Positions 40,136 through 48,189 of a DNA stretch of 64,000 nt are shown here, piece by piece. The stretch covers positions 1,865 to 65,864 of the forward strand of contig PANR01000018.1 in NCBI GenBank assembly GCA_002707695.1, read 5' to 3'. The first letter of the stretch is position 1; each line of letters opens with the position of its first letter. This DNA is from Legionellaceae bacterium. GTDB lineage: Bacteria > Pseudomonadota > Gammaproteobacteria > UBA12402. The position numbers and the translations under genes were made by a program. The notes beneath the pieces were generated by a model that was given only the letters and a program-made list of their open reading frames with translations, had not been told where the DNA came from and made no database searches.

Positions 40136-41491
40136 TTAAAGAGTTTTAGGAACAGCTGCTCGCAGCCCACCCGCTGCAGCACCATCTGCACCGCTGTGCA
40201 ATGTGGCTGCTGCGCTGAGTGAACCTGTTGGTTTGCTTAAGTACTCAGCTAATTCAGAATAATAGCTAGTTGGTTTGCCAAGTTTTGTATATGCCTCAAC
40301 AGCTGAACTAAACAACGCTTTTGGATCCTCACCCTTTTCTACTAACAACCACCCTTCTGCTTCTTGTAAATTAGCCGTATAAAACGCTTGCTGATCGGCA
40401 CTAGTGTGCTTAATCGCGTCGCTAAAAGCAGCGCGCGCAAATTGATAGTGCTGCAATCTTAAATGACAACGGCCAATATTGAGCAGTAGTGTCGCTTTTT
40501 GTTGGGGTGTGTAACGATCACTGTTTTTTTGTCGCTCTTGATAAAGCTCAAGCGCACTTTGATAACGCCCGGCTTGATAAAGTTTAGCGGGATTTAACCG
40601 CACATCAAAAACAAATTGAAAAGTAAAAGGCGTAAGTGCTTCACCCAATCGAAGCATCTTAACCGTAGGATAAGGTGCTTGTCTTGCGAGTCTGACAGCC
40701 GCCATAGACAAACGCTGGTTATCTAAAAATCGAAGTGTAACCTCCTCACTAGCCAGATAGCGGCTTGGATCGGGTGAAGCTTTGGCTTCGTCTATAAAAG
40801 GTTTCATCTGCGGGTAGGGGCAGCTACGCCTAAATTTTTCGTCTGCCATAGGCACTGTAACGAGACGAGCCACTTCGATTCGGTGATGAAACGTCGCCAA
40901 TAGATCTGCTTCCTTTCCTGCCAGCGCTGGAATGGTATCTTTAAAAATTTCTACAAATGGATCATTGGCTTCACCGCTCATATTGGGCTGAAAATAACAT
41001 ACCACGTGAAACCCACTTTCAGGGAATACCTTTGCGCTTCGCATTGCATCAACACACCCTTTCGGATCGGCTGCATCAGTTTTGACAAACGTTATATGGT
41101 CAAAACGCTTATCAGCATACACATTGGTAAAAAATGCAGAATAGTTGAACCCAGTGCTAACTAAATCAATATCTGTCAACACAAGTTGATAGCGAATTTT
41201 TTCTTTCTGACAAATCATATCGATAAGCGGAACGAGAAACGCATAGCCGCAAGCAACATCACAAATCTTGAGTACTTCGCCTGGCGCCAATCGCTTAGCA
41301 TGCTTTTGAATCAAATGATACATGGTATCGTAAGCATAGATCCCACACACCAACATCAGTGCACGAGTCTCTATACCGGCGACGGTTCCTGCAAGAAAAC
41401 ACATGATGTGCGCTTTCAATTCCGCATAGAGCGCTTGCTTCGCTTTAGGCAAGTTTTCATAAAATTCATTCAGCTTGGGATTCGATGGCAT
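40136..41491 (-). CDS. hypothetical protein with SAM-methyltransferase-like N-domain and TPR-like C-domain
   Basis: KICDVACG, VLTDID, FVKTDA motifs; LLLNIGRCHLRLQHYQFARAAFSDAI TPR-like helix pair. Confidence 0.55.
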   Translation of the reverse strand: MPSNPKLNEFYENLPKAKQALYAELKAHIMCFLAGTVAGIETRALMLVCGIYAYDTMYHLIQKHAKRLAPGEVLKICDVACGYAFLVPLIDMICQKEKIRYQLVLTDIDLVSTGFNYSAFFTNVYADKRFDHITFVKTDAADPKGCVDAMRSAKVFPESGFHVVCYFQPNMSGEANDPFVEIFKDTIPALAGKEADLLATFHHRIEVARLVTVPMADEKFRRSCPYPQMKPFIDEAKASPDPSRYLASEEVTLRFLDNQRLSMAAVRLARQAPYPTVKMLRLGEALTPFTFQFVFDVRLNPAKLYQAGRYQSALELYQERQKNSDRYTPQQKATLLLNIGRCHLRLQHYQFARAAFSDAIKHTSADQQAFYTANLQEAEGWLLVEKGEDPKALFSSAVEAYTKLGKPTSYYSELAEYLSKPTGSLSAAATLHSGADGAAAGGLRAAVPKTL

Positions 41492-41599
41492 CTTTTCTCA
41501 CTCATCAAGCCTATTGACTTGATCATTTTTTGCTATACTTGGTGAAATAAGGCCCAGATGCTAGCACAACGGCTTGCTGATAGCAAAAGCATGCTAACG

Positions 41600-41623
41600 C
41601 ATTGATTAAAATGGCATCCCCGA
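41600..41623. repeat. att-like direct repeat of tRNA-Glu 3' end
   Basis: CATTGATTAAAATGGCATCCCCGA identical to 44307-44330. Confidence 0.9.
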
Positions 41624-41747
41624 TGGAAAATAACTTGCCGCATAATCAAGTCAAATGATATATTCGTTTGCACTCATCAACGAATATCAATTAAAAATAT
41701 TTGCACAATAACGCATAAAGCAACTACGTAGAAAGAGGGGAATTTGC

Positions 41748-43352
41748 ATGAAGTTTGTTGACTTTATCTCTACCGAGACTCATCCCATTGATTCAGAAAA
41801 CCAACTGAAAAAAGCAATGATGGCCTTTTTTCACACCGCGTTAATTAAGCCCTATCTAGAAGCAATATTTCGGACGGGCGAAAGCAAAGTAAAAGAAATT
41901 AAGGCAGTGTTTAACCCACTGATCAATGAGTACCATGAGGCTATCGAGAGCTCCCCATTTATGGAAAATTTCGATTGGGCATTCAGCTCGCTACTCGAAG
42001 CATCCCCGGCTGATGAAGAAACAAAGCAACGTTTTGCAGCAACACTCGCAGAAATAAGGCCAATGCTTTTGCCGCAAGCGGCACGCCACCCAACCGTCGT
42101 TGCTGTTGAAGAACGGTTGACTCGACGTATAAGGGATGAAGGAAAGAAGCTCTTAATGGCCGAAAATAATTTAGCTTTTGAAAAAGCGAAAGCAATATTT
42201 TACGAAGAAGGACGTTTTGTCGATTTTTATGAATTTGTCACGCTTGCCTGGGGTGCATCTTCGCCCGAGGCAGCTCACGCACAAACCTTCACTCGCCTTC
42301 AATATATTGCCTACCTTCAATTTGCTTCGAATTTGGTGGCCCCGCTATCTGAGCAAACACTTTATTCAGTAAACAAAGTTAAAGCCTGTGAGCTGCGTGG
42401 AGAGCGTATGAGAGTTGTCAATTTAATGCGCGATAGCCAAAAAAAATATGAAGACATTTTAGCAAAAGTTACTGATCTAGAATCCAAATATGCGCAATTA
42501 GACAAGGCCTACCAACAGCTTCCTCCATGCGAACCCGGCTGTGGCCACACCGGCGGCATTGGCTGCCTTGCTACCACAGGGCCTGAGCACATTGATTTAC
42601 TTCAACAACTAGGCCTAAACCACGGTGAACTTCACAAAGCTGATGCTGAGCTCAGCGAATATTCTCATTTTTTATCATCGGCTGATGGCGAAATGTGTGA
42701 GCCACCGGATGGGCTGAAAAAAATGCAGGCCTTACTAAAATATTGGCAAAAAAACGCGCCAAGATTGCGTCAACGCGCGCAAGATATAGCAGCCTTGTGT
42801 CAATTCAAGCCGGCCAGCACTACTGAATATGACATTATCTATCGGCTAGTCAGTGAGGAAGAGCGAACATCTCTTTGTGCAGGCAAATGCTTTGCTCAGC
42901 ATGCTGGCTCTTTAGAAAGAGAAAAATGGTTTTATTACAAGGAAGGTAAGCCAGGTGTTGACCATCGATACTGTTGCGGCATTTATCTTTATAAAGGTGC
43001 TTTGGATCTGCTGCTTTCCTTACAGCAATCTGATGGAAAGTTTGCAACAGTCGTTGAAAAAGGAGATGCAGAACCTGACTGTTTTGGTATTCATGAAGAT
43101 GCCCTGCCTTGTGTAAACAGCATGATTCATCATGTAACCATTGTAGACTGTAAAGCACTGAGCAAAAAAACAACCGTCACTTTTCGCAAAAACCCACCCA
43201 CTATGCCTGATATACTGCTTCCCAAAATAGTTGATGATGCAGAAGAAACACCCTTGCCGCCTAGCGCTACTGGCACTACTCAACATTTTTTTTCACCAAC
43301 AGAGGAAACTTCAGCTGCAGCAGCTGCACCGCCAGCAAGGGCGACAAAATAA
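41748..43352 (+). CDS. hypothetical protein; helical/coiled-coil N-part, putative ADP-ribosyltransferase-like C-domain; effector candidate
   Basis: 534 aa ORF with GAGGGG RBS; IYRLVSEEE..KWF..KG..FGI..L..N..I pattern. Confidence 0.55.
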   Translation: MKFVDFISTETHPIDSENQLKKAMMAFFHTALIKPYLEAIFRTGESKVKEIKAVFNPLINEYHEAIESSPFMENFDWAFSSLLEASPADEETKQRFAATLAEIRPMLLPQAARHPTVVAVEERLTRRIRDEGKKLLMAENNLAFEKAKAIFYEEGRFVDFYEFVTLAWGASSPEAAHAQTFTRLQYIAYLQFASNLVAPLSEQTLYSVNKVKACELRGERMRVVNLMRDSQKKYEDILAKVTDLESKYAQLDKAYQQLPPCEPGCGHTGGIGCLATTGPEHIDLLQQLGLNHGELHKADAELSEYSHFLSSADGEMCEPPDGLKKMQALLKYWQKNAPRLRQRAQDIAALCQFKPASTTEYDIIYRLVSEEERTSLCAGKCFAQHAGSLEREKWFYYKEGKPGVDHRYCCGIYLYKGALDLLLSLQQSDGKFATVVEKGDAEPDCFGIHEDALPCVNSMIHHVTIVDCKALSKKTTVTFRKNPPTMPDILLPKIVDDAEETPLPPSATGTTQHFFSPTEETSAAAAAPPARATK

Positions 43353-43413
43353 GGCCATCAGCCATAGACAAAGTCAAACAAAAAACAACAACGTCCATGA
43401 TATGACTGAAACA

Positions 43414-44241
43414 CTACAAACAAAAACAATCAGTATTATCAATCGATTTTGAGTAGAGATAACAATTTGGAAACCCAATCAAGCCGGCTAACACGGGGAT
43501 TTTTATGCCATGCACTTTAAATGCCTGGTGTGACAATTTTATTTCGTTCATATCTTCAACCCCAACACAGTCCTCAAGTTTGCAATCAAAATATTCAGGT
43601 TTCTCGTAAGGCATCATAAACGACTTGATAGGATCGCCATTTGCTGCATGAAAAGGTGAAATAAACTCAGGAGCTACCAATCCTTTTTTCACAAAAGCGT
43701 CTTTGACCTGCAGCTTGAGAGCATGAGCAAATTTTTCAACTGCTTCGTGTATGGTTAGCAATGAACGTTGCAATAAAATTTCAATCTGTTCAAGATAGTA
43801 ATGATACTCTAAAAGAGGAAAATGATAGAGAATACGCTTGGGTTTTAATAATTCAATTTTTTCAACCTGCCATGCAATCAAATACTGATGATATTTACCC
43901 AACGTCTGTGGCACATACATTTTAGTCACCCTATCGCCGGAATGGATTTTTTCAACGGCTTTTTTTCTTTCAAGCGGTGAAGTCAACGCCCGACGAGATG
44001 GTGGATTTCCTCTACCTTTTTTTTCAAACTCAAGCTGCCATCTTGCGTCCAGTAGACAAATCCCAGTAATGACTGTAGATCGATAATCATCAGGCGGCAG
44101 CGGCCACCAGCCTTCATAGGTAGTTTGATTGGCACTTAATGATAATGCTATCTTCGTGGGATTTTGATCGTCAGAAAAATGTCGAGTTGCTAGCTTAGCG
44201 CCGGTATCGACAGCCCACCCAGCATAATTGATAGTAGCCAT
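43414..44241 (-). CDS. hypothetical protein, possible tRNA-dependent cyclodipeptide-synthase-like enzyme
   Basis: 275 aa ORF; VITGIC62, VGVE229DMNE233, FPNCY261. Confidence 0.5.
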   Translation of the reverse strand: MATINYAGWAVDTGAKLATRHFSDDQNPTKIALSLSANQTTYEGWWPLPPDDYRSTVITGICLLDARWQLEFEKKGRGNPPSRRALTSPLERKKAVEKIHSGDRVTKMYVPQTLGKYHQYLIAWQVEKIELLKPKRILYHFPLLEYHYYLEQIEILLQRSLLTIHEAVEKFAHALKLQVKDAFVKKGLVAPEFISPFHAANGDPIKSFMMPYEKPEYFDCKLEDCVGVEDMNEIKLSHQAFKVHGIKIPVLAGLIGFPNCYLYSKSIDNTDCFCL

Positions 44242-44318
44242 TTACAGCCCAAATTATAAACTAAACCTACATGGGAGCCTGAGGGCCAGGCAAGTATAAT
44301 AATTAACATTGATTAAAA

Positions 44319-44394
44319 TGGCATCCCCGACGGGAGTCGAACCCGTGTTTTCACCGTGAAAGGGTGGTGTCCTAGGCCTCTAGACGACGGGGAC
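44319..44394 (-). tRNA. tRNA-Glu (TTC)
   Basis: GTCCCCGTCGTCTAGAGGCCTAGGACACCACCCTTTCACGGTG...GGTTCGACTCCCGTCGGGGATGCCA, 76 nt. Confidence 0.97.
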
Positions 44395-44409
44395 CCAATA
44401 TAATCTTCG

Positions 44410-44520
44410 TCTTTTCACTTTATGCATCGCTGCGTTCGGCCTCAAACTTCAGTCACTTACACAAGTAAGCTCCTTCATTTTCATCCTCAGCATCTCGCCT
44501 AAAGCAAAAATACTTGACTC
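44410..44520. repeat. ERIC/IRU-like palindromic element, degenerate; ends approximate
   Basis: Core CAGTCACTTAC-ACAA-GTAAGCTCCT at 44450-44474 matches the ERIC central core. Confidence 0.55.
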
Positions 44521-44579
44521 TATTTCTTTTTGCCTGACTTTGCTCTAGCCGGCTTGCCATGCGCAGCCTTAGCGATGCA

Positions 44580-44655
<76 letters not shown>

Positions 44656-44726
44656 GCAAAGACCGAGATTCTATGCAGCTCAACCAACCTTGTCAATGAT
44701 AAACTAGCGATATTCTTAAGGATCGG

Positions 44727-45113
44727 CTATTGCAAACCGTAGACTTTAACCTCATCAAAATACTTGAAGTCTTTATCAAGCGTCAGAATAGATAAATCGT
44801 GCTTTTTGCATACCGTCGCAATCAGTGAATCTGTGCTCGACACAGTCACCCCACGACCTCTCAAAGCAGCCATCCACTGGCCAGCCAATACAAAATCATT
44901 TCGTTCAATATCAACATAAGGCAGCGCCGATAATAAGGGTAATACCTTAGTTTTTTCTTTGTTATGCAGCCCTCGGATAAGCTCCATTTCGACGATGCCA
45001 CATAATACAACCTCATCAGCATCCAACGCTTTTTCCATCAACTCAGACACTAGTCCAGGACCGTCGCGGAAATAGTCTATCCAGGCAGACGTATCCACCA
45101 ACACCTTGCGCAC
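44727..45113 (-). CDS. vapC: PIN-domain toxin
   Basis: LVDTSAWI, E, DSLIA, TLDKDF acidic PIN residues. Confidence 0.9.
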   Translation of the reverse strand: MRKVLVDTSAWIDYFRDGPGLVSELMEKALDADEVVLCGIVEMELIRGLHNKEKTKVLPLLSALPYVDIERNDFVLAGQWMAALRGRGVTVSSTDSLIATVCKKHDLSILTLDKDFKYFDEVKVYGLQ

Positions 45114-45320
45114 TTATTCTTCATCCTTATCAAGGTCACGCAATTGGCGCCAGTCATTGGCAATGCCAACTTTCCCGCGTAACTTTTTGATTTCTTGTAT
45201 TTTTCGATAACGGATCCACTCTTCTATAGCCATGTTAACTGCCTCGGTTCGCTTGCGTGCATGCGTATAAGCCATTAAATCTGCGAGCAAGCTGTCTGGA
45301 ATAGTCACTGTTGTTCTCAT
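45114..45320 (-). CDS. vapB: VapB-family antitoxin
   Basis: MRTTVTIPDSLL..EAVNMAI..LRGK; GAGGTG RBS; abuts vapC. Confidence 0.85.
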   Translation of the reverse strand: MRTTVTIPDSLLADLMAYTHARKRTEAVNMAIEEWIRYRKIQEIKKLRGKVGIANDWRQLRDLDKDEE

Positions 45321-45343
45321 AGCCACCTCATCACTAAAATCAC

Positions 45344-45377
45344 TATATTTTGATGTTAGCATAAACATCAAAATATA
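45344..45377. promoter_or_regulatory. putative VapBC autoregulatory operator
   Basis: Perfect 14-bp inverted repeat TATATTTTGATGTT-N6-AACATCAAAATATA just upstream of vapB. Confidence 0.7.
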
Positions 45378-45397
45378 CCATCAAATTATTCGGATAT

Positions 45398-46795
45398 TTA
45401 TGCTTTTTTGCAGCATAACAACGCCTGCTCAAGGCGCTGGAGGGTTTTTTCACGCCCAAGAAGCGCCAAGGTGGCATCGATGGAGGGCGAAATGGTGCTG
45501 CCAGTAACGGCCACGCGGATGGGCTGGGCGACCTTGCCCATACCGAGATTAAGCTCAGTGGACGTGCCTTTGATAACCTCATGCAAGGCCTCACGCTCCC
45601 AATGCTCAAGCGCACTGAATTTAGCAAGAAGCGCCTCAAACACGGCAGCCGTTTCCGTGGTCAAAAATTTCTTTGCGGCCTTTTCATCATAGTGTTTAAC
45701 ATCCTGATAAAAATAGCGGCTCATGTCGGCCATTTCTTCGAGCGTTTTAGCGCGATCTGCCAATAAGGCCACCAAATCAATCAACTCGGGCCCTTGGCTC
45801 ACATCCAAATCACGTTTGAGCAAGTGAGGTTTTAACACGGCCGCAACATCATGACGATTAAGTGATTTAATATAATGTTGGTTTAACCATAATAATTTTT
45901 CATGATTAAATACCGCGGGTGAACGACTAATGTTTTTAACATCAAACAAAGCAATCATGTCTTGTTTCGAAAAAATTTCCTGATCGCCACACGACCATCC
46001 CAAGCGCACTAAATAGTTTAATAAAGCTTCTGGCAAATAACCATCTTCACGATACTCCAACACACTCACCGCACCATGACGCTTAGAAAGTTTTTTGCCA
46101 TCATCGCCATGAATCATCGGCAAATGGCCATAAACAGGAGGGTTAACACCCAGTGCGTTAAAAAGATTAATTTGTTTAGGCGTGTTACTTAAATGATCAT
46201 CACCACGCAACACATGCGTGATGTCCATATCTGCATCATCTACTACAACGGTAAAATTATAAGTGGGTGTACCATCGGTTCGCGCTAAAATTAAATCATC
46301 CAATTCACTGTTATTCACGGTAATACGGCCACGAATCATGTCATCGAATTCAACCGCGCCAGACTCAGGATTTTTAAACCGCACAACAAAAGGTGCATCT
46401 TTTTTTTCTGTCAATTCACGACAGCAACCATCATAACGTGGATTTTCTTTATTACTCATTTGTGTTGCACGCAATTTTTCGAGCCGTTCTTTAGAACAAT
46501 AACAACGATAGGCATTCCCTGACTCAAGCAATTGATCAATCACCGCTTTATAACGATCAAAACGTTTGGTTTGATAAGTGATTTCTCCATCATGCTCCAG
46601 GCCCAACCAGGCCATGCCTTCCAAAATAATTTGTGTAGCCTCGTCAGTCGAACGCTCACGATCGGTATCTTCAATACGCAAAATAAACTCACCCTCTTGG
46701 GAGCGGGCAAACAAATAAGCAAATAATGCTGTCCGTGCACTGCCAACATGAAAAAACCCGGTGGGACTTGGTGCAAAACGTGTTTTAATCTTCAT
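45398..46795 (-). CDS. gltX: glutamate--tRNA ligase
   Basis: RFAPSPTG..HVGS, LRIEDTD, KLSKRHG. Confidence 0.97.
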   Translation of the reverse strand: MKIKTRFAPSPTGFFHVGSARTALFAYLFARSQEGEFILRIEDTDRERSTDEATQIILEGMAWLGLEHDGEITYQTKRFDRYKAVIDQLLESGNAYRCYCSKERLEKLRATQMSNKENPRYDGCCRELTEKKDAPFVVRFKNPESGAVEFDDMIRGRITVNNSELDDLILARTDGTPTYNFTVVVDDADMDITHVLRGDDHLSNTPKQINLFNALGVNPPVYGHLPMIHGDDGKKLSKRHGAVSVLEYREDGYLPEALLNYLVRLGWSCGDQEIFSKQDMIALFDVKNISRSPAVFNHEKLLWLNQHYIKSLNRHDVAAVLKPHLLKRDLDVSQGPELIDLVALLADRAKTLEEMADMSRYFYQDVKHYDEKAAKKFLTTETAAVFEALLAKFSALEHWEREALHEVIKGTSTELNLGMGKVAQPIRVAVTGSTISPSIDATLALLGREKTLQRLEQALLCCKKA

Positions 46796-46863
46796 TTTAT
46801 TCTCTAGCTCGTTACATTGCCTGAAATTATGCTATATTTATAGGAGAATGAGAAGGAGCAATC

Positions 46864-48147
46864 ATGTTTAAGTGGATAATCTGGCTATGGAACTTACTCA
46901 AACGCCTGTTTGGCATGGGCCGAAAACTTGACCTGCCCTCAACGGCCAAATTGATGCAAGAGGATAGCGTTTTATCAGATAGCATTCAACCTGCCGGCGA
47001 TATCACACCACCAAATCGAGCTGAGAATATTTTGTTAATTGGCGCAACGGGTATTGTTGGGCCTCATCTACTTCGCTACTTGCTCGACAACACAAAAGCT
47101 AATATTTATTGTTTAGTCCATCACCGTCATGGTGAGCTTGCCAAAAACTATCTTCTCACACAACTTGAACGCGATGGTTTAGACAAGCACATTGATCACT
47201 CACGTATTCATGTGGTACACGGCAATATTGCTGAAAAAAAATTTGGACTCAACGTTGAAACCTATCAATTTCTCGCACAAACCATCGATATAATTTTTCA
47301 TAATGCCGCTTGGACAAATCACGTCAGGCCTTATTCTGAAGGCGAGAACAAACAAGCAGACATTCGTCAAACCAACGCATTAAGCTTGCATCGCACACTC
47401 GCACTGGCAGCAAAATATAAAACTAAACTTGTTAACTTCACATCAACTATCGGCGCGATTAATCGTATTGATTTAGATGGCTGCTTAGTAGAGGAGTTGC
47501 CAGAGCCAGATAATCAAGGGGACAGACTGCATATAGGCTATTTACAAAGTAAATTTGTCGCTGAAAAACTCATTTTTCAGGCCATTGAACGAGGCCTGCC
47601 CTGCCGTGTTTTTCGATTAGGACAAATCACAGGCGACAGCAAAACAGGTGTGCAACATGCTGAAAAAGATCACATGATGCTCGAGCTAAAAGCCTGTGCA
47701 CAAATGGGCATCGCGCCCGATTGGCCTGATGCTCGAAGTTTTGTGCCTAGTGATATTGCTGCAAGTATTATTGGCAGCATCGGCCTGCAAACTCATGCAA
47801 AAAGTGGCGCGTACAATATCAACAACCCTCACCTTGTGAGCTGGTTAGAAATCATTGATGCACTCAATCGCTTTGATCACAAGGTCGAGGTCATTCCTGA
47901 AAAAGAATGGGTTGAAGCGTTTTCAGCTATTGATGAAAGCAATGCTCTCTACCCCTTACGCGCTGCTTATGAAGCGCCTGGCACTTTTGCCAAACTTATG
48001 CCAGCCGTTCGCCTAATGTTTAACCATCACATACATTGCGAACGCACAATGCAGGCGATCGAACAGACTGATATCAAATTCCCCAACAGCAGCATGCTGT
48101 TAGAGAAATACTTAAATTACTTTAACGAAACTGGTTTCTTTAGTTAG
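46864..48147 (+). CDS. stand-alone thioester-reductase domain protein (NRPS R-domain / extended SDR)
   Basis: LLIGATGIVG, IFHNAAW.NH..PY, GYLQSKFVAEKL, FRLGQITGDSKTG. Confidence 0.8.
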   Translation: MFKWIIWLWNLLKRLFGMGRKLDLPSTAKLMQEDSVLSDSIQPAGDITPPNRAENILLIGATGIVGPHLLRYLLDNTKANIYCLVHHRHGELAKNYLLTQLERDGLDKHIDHSRIHVVHGNIAEKKFGLNVETYQFLAQTIDIIFHNAAWTNHVRPYSEGENKQADIRQTNALSLHRTLALAAKYKTKLVNFTSTIGAINRIDLDGCLVEELPEPDNQGDRLHIGYLQSKFVAEKLIFQAIERGLPCRVFRLGQITGDSKTGVQHAEKDHMMLELKACAQMGIAPDWPDARSFVPSDIAASIIGSIGLQTHAKSGAYNINNPHLVSWLEIIDALNRFDHKVEVIPEKEWVEAFSAIDESNALYPLRAAYEAPGTFAKLMPAVRLMFNHHIHCERTMQAIEQTDIKFPNSSMLLEKYLNYFNETGFFS

Positions 48148-48189
48148 ACGCCAGTTCACTCTTTGAACGATATTTGCTAAGCTCTGAAC

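Larger units (their letters stand above)
41600..44330. mobile_element. ~2.7 kb genomic islet integrated at tRNA-Glu; no integrase
   Basis: Bounded by 24-bp direct repeats overlapping the tRNA CCA end; contains two convergent ORFans. Confidence 0.7.
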
